DNA from: Callorhinchus milii
Taxonomy: Eukaryota
DNA: 64,000 bases
Reading direction: 5' to 3'
NCBI RefSeq assembly: GCF_018977255.1
Contig: NW_024704742.1
Coordinates: forward strand, 117,058,001 to 117,122,000
Positions 24,590-38,480 of the stretch are shown piece after piece; the stretch's first letter is position 1, and every line of letters starts with the position of its first letter. Under the pieces are notes generated by a model. That model did no database searches. It saw nothing but the letters and a program-made list of their open reading frames with translations, and was not told the origin of the DNA. A program made the translations under genes and the position numbers.

Positions 24590-24870
24590 AGCGAGAGATC
24601 TGGGTTCGATTCGCGGGCAGGGTGAAATGATGTGCAAGTTTCTTTACTCCACACTCCTCTATTTATCTAGCAGTAACTAGGAACTGGTTGTTACTTGTTT
24701 GGTAGATCACTTTTCCAGGGATAATAATTCCTTCAAAAAAAAATGATAAATTGATCACTCAACGACTTTTTGTGCAGCACTGCTGTGCCCAATTGGTTGT
24801 CGCATTTCGCCCACAAATATACAATCAATTAACTTTACAGTATATTCTGTGAAGCGCTTTGAGACGTCTG
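24590..24870 (+). mobile_element. tRNA-derived SINE, long subfamily, 5'-truncated
   Basis: B box gggttcgattc; carries the extra segment ctctatttatctagcagtaactaggaac. Confidence 0.85.
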
Positions 24871-26057
24871 ATTCAACCTCTCATCATACACTTTGTTATG
24901 TTGAACTGCACCTGCCACATTTTCACCCACTCACTAGTTCATTTCTCTGTGTCCCTTTGTCATTTTTCACTCCCTTTTTCTCAATTTATAATACATCCTA
25001 GCTTTACATCATCAGGAAACATGGATATATTCCCCTCTCTTCCTATATTATTGATCATTCATTTCATTGCAGTCTATGAGACACTGCTGTGCGTAATTGG
25101 CTGCTGCATTTCGCCCACAAAATACACAGTCAATCCAATTTACAGTATATTCTGTGAAATGTTTGAGATGTCTTAACAATGTGATAAGGTGCTATATCAA
25201 ATGCAAGGATTATTATTATTAATATTTTGGAATGACCACTTAATTCACTTTCTGAACGCATCCCAAAGCTTCCCGCCATGGTATAGGACATGGTCTAAGA
25301 TATTTGTTCCCCTCCTCCAACTCTAAATGAAAAGAACAGCTCTGCTTAGCATGAGGAAACTGAGTTAATGATTTGATTGTACTGGGAGGCTTGTTCAGCA
25401 CTGTAATCAGAACCTGAACTGACTTTTACGGAACAGAGAACTGAACATTTTGTGCTGATGAGATAGAGAGAAAATCCTGCATTTATTCTATTCTGTCCTA
25501 TGATCAGCTTGTGAAAAGATCAACCCAGAGGTTCAGTTCAAACATTCTTTGCAGCTACTCCTCTTGACTATAACAATGTTGGTTCAAAGCAATACTGAAA
25601 GCCTGTTCCTCGAAAAGACATCTGCATACTATTTGTTGTTTCATTTGGGATTGCATCAGGGTTGGATGCTCAGGGTCATTTTGACTTGCACATGCACGAT
25701 CTCTATAACACATAATGGTGCTTCTGACATTGAGTGAATTGTCATTGCTGAGTAATCAAATCATCAGTAAGAAAAACAAAGAGCCTAGATTGAAGGGTTC
25801 CACCTTTAGATGGCACATTTGAAAAGGTTGTTCTTGATGCTTTTATATCAACAAATTGTTTATTGGGAGTACCAGCAGAGAGACTAGAGAGGATACTCCC
25901 TAATTTACTGGTCGGAGTTATTCATATGATTTCTCCCCCCACTGTATCAAATACAGCAACTCCAGTGTTGATTTTACTAGAAAATGCATTTTCACTTAAT
26001 TTCCAGATATTGAATCAGAGAATGTTACATTACATATTGGAACGCCAGTTTTTTTGT

Positions 26058-26427
26058 GGAGTCCTGTAGTCTATTGGTTAGAGCACTCACCTCGCAAACA
26101 AGAGGACATTAGTTTGATGCCCAGGCAGGGCAAAATCTTAGGCAAGTTTCCTTACTCCACACACCTCTGTTTACCTAGTAGTAAGTAAGAACCTGGTTGT
26201 TAACCGATTGGCAGATTGCTTTCTGGGAGTAATAATCTCTTCAAAAAAAATTATAATTTGATCACTCAATCCAAACTGTTTGTGGGAACTGCTGTGAGAA
26301 ATTGGCTGTCATGTTTCGCTCACAAAATATACAGTCAATTCACTTTACAGTATATTCTGTGAAGTGCTTTGAGACATCTCAACAATGTGATAAGTTACTA
26401 TTTCAAATACAAGGATTATTATTATTA
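26058..26427 (+). mobile_element. Full-length tRNA-derived SINE, long subfamily
   Basis: ggagtcctgtag head, extra segment cctctgtttacctagtagtaagtaagaacc, (TTA)n tail. Confidence 0.93.
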
Positions 26428-29400
26428 TATTCTCCATGACACATGTGGTGGGTTTAGTTATGTTGGTTAACATAGTAACATTGATCTAGTAAAGATCTAG
26501 TAAAGGTATCCTTTGGCCTCTGATACCTGGAGTTCAAGTCCAGCCTATGGAATGGAATGAAAATGTTCTTTTTCAACACACAATTAGTACGGGTATTTCA
26601 GTTTCTTCTGGATTTGAGACCGCAGGCTGCAGAATTTAGTAAGCACCGCTACATTGTTGGAGGTACTGTTCTTTGGATGAGGTGTGAGATTACTGGAACA
26701 CATGTAGGTTAATCAGAAAGAAGATATGGTTGTCTTTGAGAGAACAGTTTGTCAGGAATTTGAGACATTCCATTGCAACTGGTCTACCTTTGCGGATCAC
26801 TGGGCTAAACGATGATTTTGCCCATCTTTCCGCATTGTTTAGTCTACATAATTTTCATACTTATGCATGGAGTTAATCACGCTTTTGTTTTCCTTGGTCA
26901 ATTGTGTTAATCAACAGGTATCGCACTAATTATTTGATAATTCTTTTAGTGCAAGCCATGTTTTCATATTACTATAATTTCAATGGATTAAATGTTACCG
27001 ATATTTCTCTTATTAACTTTAATCTCATTGAATTTAAATTCAGATATGTCTTATCGGCTAATGCATCACAGCTGTATCAAAAGCCCATTTTAGTTATTAA
27101 TGAAATGCATTATTTGTACTAGTAATCAGCGTCTGACTAAATGTGAATTATTCAAACAAATTTTATTTTTATCTTGTGTAAACTACATATTTTGTTACAA
27201 TTATGACCATGTTTCTCCTATGTTGTTGAGGAAAACCTTCTTGTTAGTCTTTGTGTTCACAGGAATATTTTCATCAATCACATAAGACCAATTATCTGGC
27301 ACTTCCAATTCAAGTAATTATGTCCAATCAATGCCATGGCATTGTGTGGTTTTATTTCTTAGTTTGTAAAAATGTTTATGTTGCAAAATGTTATCTTCTC
27401 CACTTTAAAATCATACACTACCACTTCTGAAATGCTAACTGTTCAGTTCAACTCCAAGCCAAGGAGAGTGATGGAGCAATAGAAAAGACACTTCTCGTTT
27501 CAGGATATATCCTGGCATAATTTTCCCTTTTACTTTGACACGGTTTAATTTACTGGCCTTGTGACAACTCGTGAACTGTGATGAGTCAGTGTAGGTGAGC
27601 TTGAATAGCATTTGAAGTTTAAAGTCAAACTCAGGACTTTCTGTTCCACATTAAGCTTCCTACTGTTGAATTCATTGGGCTATCACCTAGAAATAGAGAT
27701 TTTAAAACATTTGAGCTGGCGAGATTCAAATTGTCACTTGCATTTAATAGATGCTTTAGCACATCTGTAAAAGGAGAAATGTGTTTCTAAGGTTCTGTCC
27801 CCACCCCCTCACTCCTGCTCAAAAGCAGCAATTCTCCTACGCTTTTGAGAAACGGAACTGTTATCATGTGTTATTATATGTGATTGCGTATGATAGAGGT
27901 TGTAGTTAATTACAAAGTCAATGAATGAAATTAAGTAGAAATCAATGAAAAAATGAAGGAAGAATACCAGCTGCTCTCTTTTGTCCTTTCTTGGAAATCC
28001 AATCCCCTGCCTCACACCCCCTGTGGTGTTCACAATACCAAGCCTGTTGTAAACTGTGCACTTCATGAAACTGGGGGAAAGGCAGATGTAATGTGTAATA
28101 TCTATGCACCCTGTTTCAGTCGCAAATCATTCAATTCACAGTTGTTAGAATCCATTTGTAAATTTTGCATGGTTAGTTTAATTCATGTCAGCTATCAATC
28201 ATGCGCTGTACAAGTGACGAATGCTATTGCCATGTTTATTGACATTTAAGAACAAGAAAAATAGACATTCTAAGTGTCTTTTGCAGGTTGTGTGTTAAAC
28301 TGGCTTGTGTCAAAATTACATGATCAGTGGTCACTGTTGCTATTGGCAACAATATGCAGCACTTCCAATCTAGGTAATTGAGACCAATCAATGTCATAAC
28401 ATTGGATGGATACAAATAGAAGCAAATTGAACATCAATATTGCAAACCCACTATCAGGACTTGAATTTCAAAACCTCGAAGTTAAACACTCAGGATTTTA
28501 TTAGACAGCATTTCCCCACCTTAATATGTTCAACACATCCACTAATAACTGGTGACAGTTCCTCACTGTTGGAAACACACAATTTACAATGATCTGGAAG
28601 GCTTGGTGTATGTTTGACAAAGCTTTGAGTAGCAGAAGGTAATGATGATTCCAATTAATGGAAATTAGTATCTTGATCTGAATTGGATTCATGTAAGCTC
28701 TATCCCAGGGGCCAGCACCATGGGACACACTAATGGTTACAAAGCATTAGATTGCACCATCCACAATAGTGATCATTAAAGCACTAAATTCATCTTTTAA
28801 TCATGATTAAATTGACAAATTATAACAGCTTGTGACATTGCACCTGACTACTGGATTATTTAAAGAATACAATAGGATGACTTGCTTCAAATTTGAAGGC
28901 ATCTGTTCTTGGGCCAGTCTGAACTAATATTTTGTCCAGCGCACTGTATATTATTTTCTTCCAAGAGGAAAGTATAAGATTCTTACTATTGTTAGTTTTT
29001 AGTATAATTGATTAGTGGGTGTCAATTCATAATGAACACCAAACACAAAATATTGGTCAATTTGAGGTAAATTTGGCAAAATAGAGATAACTTCATAAAA
29101 ATGTATTATTTGGTCCCAAACGATCTGGTCAGATGGAAGTGCCAGCACGTTACTCTTTTCACGTATTAAAAGATTTTACCTTTCTAAAGATGATGGTTGG
29201 TCCTGGGAGTGACTTGTTTTTAACAAAAATAGGTGCTGTTACTAGTATTATTTTCTCCTTGACACATTATTGGGTTTTGAATATTTTCTCTGAATATGTA
29301 CTCTGTCCTCTGTAGTCATGAAATATATACAGTCAACCCTCAGCAGTGTATTAGGGAGCTGTGTAACATTTTGGTTCTTGTTTAAGTGCACATTGATTTG

Positions 29401-29849
29401 GGGGGGATTTACATTTTAGAAGCCTTCTAAATACAAAGTCAAACTATAACACATTGCTCAAGGTGATAAGAAAAGTAAGGTGACACTAAACAATACAACT
29501 AGCATTAATATAAATTAACATCACTATAAAACAGAAGGTCTCAAATTAAAACTAATTTAATTTGTAGCTACAATTGCCTCCCAAGGTTCCTCACTTGAAA
29601 TCTGAAGGTAAAAGCTGATTTCAAGTTGATGTCTAGTGATTATTTTTCTCGTTTTGGGTGCTGAATTTCATGTTCTAGATGAGAGATGAGATTGGCCCAA
29701 TGTTTCCTCTGTACAACCAATGCAACAGATGTATTCAGATGTAAAGCAAATTAGATCCATTTTAGAGTGACTGTGTGGTATACCTGAGCCCAAACCTAAG
29801 AGTCACAGACATTATAGGATAAGAACAGCCTGCTTCAGTTGATCACATG

Positions 29850-30222
29850 AGGGTTGTGGGTTGAAGTGTCATGTCAGGATTTTGAACTCACTGTCCAGGC
29901 TGACGTTCCAATACCGTTCTAGGAGAGTGCTGCATTGTTAGAGGTGCCATTCTTTGGATGAGACATTAAACTGAGGTCACATCTTCCTATTCAGGTTGAT
30001 GTTAAAGACCATAGCACTATTCAAAAAGAGATGGCGCTTCTCCTGGTGATAAAACTGATCATTCACTTTATGACTGCTTTTGGGACATAGCTGTGTGCAA
30101 ATTGGCCACTGCATCCACCTAGGAAACTTTAATTTACTGTAACTTACTTTATAGTAAATCTGGTGAAGTGCTTTGAGACGTCTTGATGACACGAAGGGCT
30201 ACATCAAATATGAGGATGATTA
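29850..30222 (+). mobile_element. Deu-domain SINE relic
   Basis: gagtgctgcattgttagaggtgccattctttggatgagacattaaactgagg...gctgtgtgcaaattggcc. Confidence 0.8.
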
Positions 30223-30326
30223 CTTTAATTATAATTCTATCCCATCAGCACTGCCACTGCCTACTGCAGGTTTTCAGAATTTCCCATTAGTACTGGCAGC
30301 TATTTAAAAAATTCAATCCTAATTGA

Positions 30327-30510
30327 AATAATAATAATAATCCTTGCATTTGATATAGCCTCTTATCATCACGTTTTCGCGATTCATAAAATATACTGTA
30401 AAGTTAATTGACTGTATATTTTGTGGAAGAAATGCAGCAGCCAATTGAGCACAGAGGTGTCCCACAAACTATAGTGGATTGAGTGAAGGAATTTTTCTTT
30501 GAAGAATTAT
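30327..30510 (-). mobile_element. SINE 3' fragment; further + strand SINE 3' fragments at about 25050-25220, 30548-30617, 30830-30955, 31360-31460 and 35470-35588
   Basis: Shared SINE tail and body motifs. Confidence 0.85.
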
Positions 30511-33340
30511 TTTACCTCCTGAAATGCAATCCGCCAATCAACTAATCTGTGAACCTCTTTGAGACGTCTAGAAGACATGAAAAGCACTACACCAAATGCA
30601 AGGATTATTATTATTATAGTGGCCTCTGGCAGCTGTTATTGGCAGAAATGAGAACTTTTGTTGCCTTACCAGAGGTCTTAAGTTCAGTTCCCAGTTCCAA
30701 CTATCAGGACTCCCACCTAAAAGTCTCAAATAGGAAAGCTAGCCACAAGATTTAATTCAAACAATTGCAATTGGCTTTTTTTTGTTTCTGGAACAGAATA
30801 TTTGATAAATTCTGAACAGAATATACATTATGCAATTGGCTGCCCTGTTTTGCACACAAAATACAGCCAATCCACTTTGCAATATATTCTGTGAAGCGTT
30901 TTGACATCCTCAATGAAGTGTTAAGGTGCTATATAAAATGTAAAAAATATTATTATCACTTCAGTCCATATAGTACAACTGTATGGTATTATTTGAAAAT
31001 ACAACAACAACAAATTATATTTATATAGCATCCCAAGAGCTAGAGTCCAGGGGTTCACCCCTCGACTTATTTTCCCCAAACACTCATAAAACGTCCAGAA
31101 TATGATTTACTTAGCAACAGGTTTTCAAATAACATTCATTCAATGACAATGGATTTAAATATTATCCTTTCATCTGCACATACTTGAATTTAAGCTTAAA
31201 TAAAATACACTTGAGATGCTATTAACCCACAATTCTGTTTGCACTACTATCTTCGTTTTTACTTAAATAATCTTTTAAGTCGTGTGGTATTTAGTGAGTG
31301 GCATAAATGTAATTCATTGCCATTCACAAATAAATTCATATCAAGAATTTGCTTGATTGTCTACCTCCAAAATATACAGTCAAATTTACTTTACAGCATA
31401 TTTTGAGATGTCTCAAAGACGTGATAAGGCGTTATACCAAATGCAAGAATTATTACTATTACCAGTTGGGGTCAGGATTCGATGTGGTTAAATGTACAGC
31501 ATTTCAGATGAATGCAATAGTTATTAAACCTGTACCCTATCATCATTAACAGCAGCGGTAATGCAGAGACCATAAACCTTCTGATGTGGTGTAAAAACAA
31601 ATGATAAGATGACATGAGCAAAAGTACCGCCTGCGCCGCTAGAAAGTGCCATTTGCATTCGCTTGTGGTACAACTCGTGGCTTCCCCTGTGGGGAAGAGA
31701 TGGACTCAGACAGTGCGGATGACTTTCAATTTCACACCTGTAAAATACGATTCTTACAAAGGAAAAACACTTTGGGATGCCCTGACCCACTGCATTCTTT
31801 CACAAAGAGGGAGGAAAATAACTCATATCCAGGTGGTGCAACTATTGCTGACTACACTATGTGCCACTGTCAATGCACAGTCTCGATAGCAATTGAGTGA
31901 GTTGAGCACTGAAGCGGGTGTTATTGTTTATTGGAAATAACTGGCTACAAACTGCCCCTCCTGAACAAAATGCTCGTCTTGCAATCAAAATGAAACCCCT
32001 TTCCCTGTGTTAATCGAATGGGTACCACATCCGTGTGTAGCCTCGGGTGTAGATGTGCAGTTGCAGTGCTGTGTGTGCCTGGTATTTACAGGCAGCTTAA
32101 GGTCTCTTTTGTTGATGGGATGCAGATCAGAGCTGCTGTGTGTTCTCCCCCACCCTCACCACTCACACTGTAGCTGAAGGCAGGATTTTTCCATTAGCTG
32201 GGATTGCCCACTCTATTCCCTGGGCTACAATTATTGATTGCACTTTCACTTACTCACTCACTCACTCTCTCTCTCTCTCTCTCCTCCAGCACTGCAGTGG
32301 TCAGGCTGCAACGTCAAAAAAAAAAAGAAACACCCACCCCACTGGTTAGAGGCTTCCTCCCTCACTTGCAGCCGTCTCACTGTGGGACACGGGCAAACAA
32401 GAAGAAAGCAGTCACCAGCCAGAATATAACCAGCTGTGCTTTTAAGACATGCCTGGAATTTCCCTGCAGCAGCCACTTCCCAGCCAGTGAAGTAAGTGAA
32501 TGTGTTTTCTTTGCTTTGCTTTGCTTGATGATCAGTGCATTGCACTCAGTCCTCCAGCTGACGACGTGTGTAGAGATTCTGCACTCTGTAACGACTGTGT
32601 TATTTGCACCGTGTCTCCCTGCTTGTCTGCTGATGTGAAGACCCGAGCCTGATTTTTTTTTTTGGGGGGGGGGGTGGGGGGGGGAAATAAGCATTAAGTT
32701 TGGGAGATTCCGTGCTTGTATTTTGTGGCTCTCAGCAGAAATCCCAGATCTTCCCTCTGATTAAGCTTTGGGAATCGGTAACGCCGTTAAGGCAGTTGTG
32801 CTAAGTTGGTTGCACTCCATCTCACTCCAATGAGGAGGGCTGGGTCGTGAATTTAACACGGGGTGGGGGGGGTGCACACACAGGGATGGATGTGCTGAAC
32901 TTGGAGCACACTGGGTGCAGGAGGGTGAGGGATGCAGCTTTCCTGTGTGCTGCTGAGCTGAGCTGTCCCTTTTGCAGCGTTGACCACGTCGATTTCGGTG
33001 GTGGATCCAAACCATTTCCCCCGTCACTACTCACGGGTCGTGTGGATAGATACACTTATGCATTTTTAAAAAAAAAAATATGCATTGCTTAATCCTTTCA
33101 GGTACTCCCACTCCCCTCCTCCCTCCTCCCTCCCGCGGTATTGGAACATCGCAGCGTTCACACCACAACCGCCGCTCTCTGCTGTAGCGAAAAGGTGTGT
33201 TTATTGGGGGCATTTATTTCTTCCACTCTCTCGCGTGTTGGCAGTGAGGTTTTGCAGCCCTTTTGCTATCTCACGCCGAGGGGCTCCGGGGGTCGGTGCT
33301 GAAGTTAGCTCAAGCCTCGAAGGGTTAAACGCCGAGACGC

Positions 33341-33342
<2 letters not shown>

Positions 33343-33377
<35 letters not shown>
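33343..33377. repeat. (GT)n microsatellite
   Basis: Directly visible. Confidence 0.98.
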
Positions 33378-33378
<1 letters not shown>

Positions 33379-33727
33379 AAACGCGAGTGACAGGTTTTGC
33401 TGTTCTTGTGGTTGATTTCACGGACTGTCGCTTTAACGGCGATCGGATTAACCGATTCGTAATTGCAACAGATCAGTGGCTGTCACCAGATCTCTCGGGG
33501 CTGTGTTATTGTGGAGGCGGTGGAGGAGCCTTTGTGCGGTGAGAGATTACCAGTGGCACAGCTCTCGCTCTCTCTCTCTCTCTCTCGAGTACACACACAC
33601 ACACACAGGGACACGTCGCGCACACTCACAGATTCCGCTTGTTCCTGCGTTAAAAAAAAGGGGGGAACTCGCTTCACTGCGGAGACTGAGTCATCCTGAG
33701 GAGCTGTCATCTCAGCAGTGAGTGAGT

Positions 33728-33805
33728 GAGGGAGGGAGGGAGGGAGGGAGGAGGAGGGAGGGAGGGAGGGAGGAGGAGGAGAGGAGGGAGGGAGGAGGGA
33801 GGGAG
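33728..33805 (+). repeat. Pure-purine (GAGG)/(GGA) tract
   Basis: About 78 nt containing only G and A, with many GGG runs. Confidence 0.97.
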
Positions 33806-36800
33806 CAGATGCTCAATGTCAGGACCAATGTGTCACCGCAAATGGTATTAGAAAAGTTGCCTTTGGCTTTGATTCATCGATTAGACCCTCAGACCCCCCG
33901 AGAACCCACAGGGAGAGGAGTCTGTTCTGTCTATTTCTTGGGTAGGATACAGTCTTCTGCTGTAACTTACAAAAGTAAGTACCGAACATCACTTATGGAC
34001 ACAATTATTAGCTATTAAATACAAGTCACTTTTCACTTACCGCTGCGGCACCAAGTTAGCGGTATAAGAAGGAAGGTCGTGTTTTATTTCCACGGTTAAC
34101 AGACATTTACTTACAACATTACCTTGAAGAAGGCTTCAGTGAAAATTTATTTCCAGAGGATTTGTTAATTTTCTTAAAAAAAAGCTAACGTTTTAATGAT
34201 TAAAATAAATATATGCTGTATTAAAAGTAACATTTAAAGGCACTGTATGTGTATTTTAAACTTAGATGACAGATTCACAGTTGTACCAGTGTTGGGATTT
34301 GCTTTGAAGCATTTTGATTTGTTTTTAGGTTAAAACTCTTTTTTTACACCCTCAATGTGTATTTTAATGTTTTACTATCTAATGCGATAGTTGTTATTAT
34401 GTATTTCTAAAATTTCCATGTGTAGATGGGTTGTATGGAATTCTCGGTTTGGTGATGGGTTTCCCCATGTATCAGACACCGAGCTGACCAAAAAATCCTG
34501 CTTCGCATTTTACTATCAATTTGGACCGCAATCCTCAATCGAAGAATTTTGCATTTGCTTCTCAAGCAAATGGGATCTAAAAATAAATAACCACTGTTGA
34601 AATCGTCACTTAAAAATTCAAATATCTGCTATGTAAACTGGAGTGATTGAGCATGGATGCTTTCATGATGCCAGACTGTCAAACTTGTCAAACTCCATCC
34701 ATCTGTCTGAAAGCATCTTAGCACATTTACAGTCGAAATGTTCCACACGGTCTAGTTGAATATCTCCAGGAGTTAAAATTAAAAAATACAACCTGGATTC
34801 TCTTAAATGCTGTCTTTCTCATTATTATTCAATAAATAAAGCTAATCTTTCTTTACAATACTTTAATACTGAGAAGTAACTTTTAAAAAAACACACTTGC
34901 TAATCTAAGTCAGTGAAGTTTTCTTCATGTAAAAGCTGTCAGGTTAATTATCTGTGTGTATAAATAGTACAGTCTACAAGAAGTTTCAGTTACAGTGGGG
35001 ATTATATTCATGTGGTCTTTTAGGTGTGACAGGTGCTAAATCAGTGTTAAAGTAAACTAAAGGTAAATAAACTATGAAATGAATGTTTCATTCTGCCTTT
35101 TAGATCAATGTAAAATATAGAGCAGCCCTTTAACACTGTGATGTATGATGAAATGTGTATTCCCGTAGCTTCATCATTAACAGAAAAAATATACGGGACA
35201 ACCATTTTTATAATTCACCCTTCACTGTGACATTCTTTTTCTATGGCTTTCAAAGTCTTCTACAGGGAGGCTACTTTTTACAGAATAATGGAACGATAAG
35301 AAGACATGTTAAGGCATAATGATAAATGAGAGCTTTAGATAATGTCATGACACCAAAGAGTTTTATATATAATACTACTGAGACCATGAGACAGTGCCAT
35401 TAACTCCCTCCCATTATTGGAGCCATCAATGCCCACCAACTCACCCATATTCAGAGGGCTTCAGAGTGGTTTTGCCCACAAATGTACGGTCAATTCGCTT
35501 TACAGTCTATTCTGTGAAGTGCTTTGAGATGTTGAGAAGACGTGAAAAGCGCTATATAAAATGTAAGGATTATTATTATTATTATTATCTTTGTGACTTA
35601 ACATCCAGGAATGGGTGTTACAAGGTTTAGAATGTAAACAAATGCTGGTGACTTACTAGAAGGCACTTTTTTTAGTGAGTTGTGAAACCTACTCCATATC
35701 TTGTGGTGTCCTATTTTTTACAAGTCAGTGAATGTAGAATTCATAAATATAATTACAGTTAGAGTTTACATTTTATGCTGATATAATTTATAACACCATG
35801 AGAGCACAAATCATTTTGTTGAGCAGATTGTCTTTGAATCTAGCACAGGTATCACAATTATTTAGTGCGCTCAATGAATCTTTCCCTTCTATGGTACAGA
35901 CTCTTGGGAGCTCCCTCAGTGGTATTGCATAGAGGAGATACACATACCAATTGAGGGAGATTGATGCTTTGTATGCTCTACCATGTCATTTACTTCAAAC
36001 ACATTGGCATAAGAGGGGAAAAAAATCAACAGGGCAGGTGAGACTAGCTATTAGTACATTTTACTATATTCGTAATCCTTAAAAATTGAAGTGTGAGAAC
36101 ACTGAAGTGCCCTGGGCTCCAATGCATTGATGTCCAGAGATTCCACATATGGCTAATTCCTGGGTCAGTTGGTTGGCAAGAACATGAAAGACATCTCTTC
36201 CAAAAGGAGGGACAAGTAATTGACTCACTCCTATCTCTAACTACTTCTTAGTTGCCAGTTCAAGAACAGGTTAGCAGAGGTTGGGGCATCTTTGCAGCTC
36301 ACAGTCCATTAACCAATGGTGCAAAAGAGTAGGAGAAAATGGCATACAAAATGGGGAAATGTTTTACTTGCCAGAATATTAGATTCCTGTCCCTGACGTA
36401 ACCAGAAAAGGGACTGAATGACTTTTACAATGAAAAATACACTTTTTAAATGCAACAGAAGAATGTGTACAGATGTCATTGTTCACAGACTTCCATCATT
36501 CATTCCAGACACAGTTCAGAATGGCAAAAGTCCCCCACATTAAATTATTACACTGCGGGAATTTATGTTGTGATTCACAACAGATGGAAAAGTTCTGCGT
36601 TTATACAAGACTAACGTCCTTCAGTCCTTCCCATTTATATGAGTGTTTCCTTACAATTTTTGCAGGGCTCATTTCATTTAGACAATGGGCTCTTGATTGA
36701 GGACCTGACTTCCACTTTAAATTAATGCCATTTAGATATTACTTTGATTTGATCTCCAGATTTGACCCTGTAAAACAGAGTGTGATCTTGGGAACAAACT

Positions 36801-37869
36801 GCGGAGTGTGACTCAGTACTGAGTGCAGTCAGACAGACACTGCGGCAATGCTCTGTCTCTCCAGCGTCTGATGTCAAGTGCCCTCCATGCATGAGTAGGA
36901 CTTCCAGACCCATTGATATCAACCTCAATCTAATTAAAACATAACAAATGTCATACTATGCGTTTCTAAATTATTTATTTTCTTTTCCTTTCTCAGAAGT
37001 CCCTGTGCACCATTTTTGTTTCAAGGGGCCTGGCCAGGTGCCTGGTACGTAGGCATCTGTTAATGCTGCTCGTGATCCACATGGAGTAAGGCATTTATAT
37101 AATGAGCAACTGAGTCCCCTCCTCTCCTACCACCCACCCACCCACTGCTCCTTAGGACACATCCAGTCTGTGAACTCAAATCATGAGGAATTTCCTGGGA
37201 TGAACCCATATTTACCAAAATCTACATAATAATTGAAGTTGTATACAAGCTGTTGGCTCCTGGTAGCGGAGCACAGTGATGTCGGCTTAGAGCTACAATT
37301 GCTCATGGTAACAAGGACATGTTCTCATAAATTGCATTGTTGGAGGTTCCATGCACTGAGGTGCTATTTTCCTGTTCTAATGAAAGTAATAGATCCCCTA
37401 ACACTGTTCAAAATGAGAAGGGAGTTTCTTCCAGTGTCCTGGCCAATAGTTCTCCAAATTAATTGATACCTTATGGCAGCTCGTGGGACTATGCTGAAGC
37501 AAATGCCTATAAATATAATCACCACATTTGGCATTACTTGTCAAGCAGTTTGAAACATTTCAATTTGCTCAGTTTTTTTCTTTCTGACCCGGACCTTGAT
37601 GGGTGGATCGGTATTCCTGGTGGACAGATTGAGTTGCTTTTGGACTCAGTCTACCTTCGTGGTTATCTGCATTGAATGCCACTGGTAGAAGCCTAACAAT
37701 GAATTTACTGCATATGTTACCAGGTATGGAATGGTAAATGGTGCAGAGAAATCAACTGAGCATTGGTCCTCCTGGTCCTCCCAAATGTACTGTATATATT
37801 TTTGATTTTGCATATGGTATTTTTAAAAGAATGGTAATAAACTATTTAAATATCAGAGATAACAATGAT

Positions 37870-38480
37870 AAAAAATAACCCTTGTATTTGGCATAGAGGC
37901 TTTCATGATAGGAGGACGTTTCTAAGTGCTTCGCAGGATATACTGTAAAGTGTAGTGAGTGTGTATTTTGAAGGCAAATGCAGCAGTCAATTTGTGCATA
38001 CCAATGTCCCACAAATAATAATAAAAAAAGTACAGTAATAATAATAATAATCCTTGCATTTGATATAGCGCTCCATCACATCTTCGAGCTGTCTCAAAGT
38101 GCTTTACAGAATATACTGTAAAGTGAATTGACTGTATATTTTGTGGGCAAAATGCAGTAGCCACTTGCGCACAGCAGAACCATGAAGTGAATATTCAATT
38201 TTATAATGTTGTCCAGGACACCGGGAGAAACTCCCTTGTCATTATGAATAGTGCCACAAGGTCTATAACATCTACCTTAAAAGGCAAACAGAAGCTCAGT
38301 TTAACATCGAATCTAAAGGACAGCACCTCTAACAGTGCACCAACCCCCAGTATTGTATTGGAGTATTAGCCTCCACGTCCCAACATGTTAAAACACCTCA
38401 AAATGCTTCACAGTATTTGCGGTAAAATGTAGGGACTCGTTTTGTGGGCAAAAGTGGCAGCCAATTTGTGCTCAGGAAGT
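37870..38480 (-). mobile_element. Cluster of minus-strand SINE 3' ends and a Deu-SINE relic
   Basis: Two SINE tails (37875-38015 and 38035-38178); Deu reverse complement ccaggacaccgggagaaactccc...ggacagcacctctaacagtgcac. Confidence 0.8.

Larger units (their letters stand above)
32100..34100 (+). promoter_or_regulatory. SV2C: Putative SV2C promoter / non-coding first exon region
   Basis: TE-free and visibly richer in CpG than its flanks. Contains (CT)n, (GT)n, (CA)n and (GGA/GAGG)n tracts, plus candidate donors GAA|GTAAGT (32492), CAG|GTGTGT (33343) and GCA|GTGAGT (33718). It lies about 14 kb upstream of the coding exon. The TSS cannot be determined from sequence. Confidence 0.55.

Noticed and set aside
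25797..25820. CTCF-like motifs (also near 30620, 31635 and 59840)
   Set aside because: Each has two or more mismatches in the core, so they cannot be supported without ChIP data.
32140..34018. Dense overlapping ORFs in the GC-richer block
   Set aside because: There is no recognisable protein similarity; they are explained by higher GC and simple repeats.
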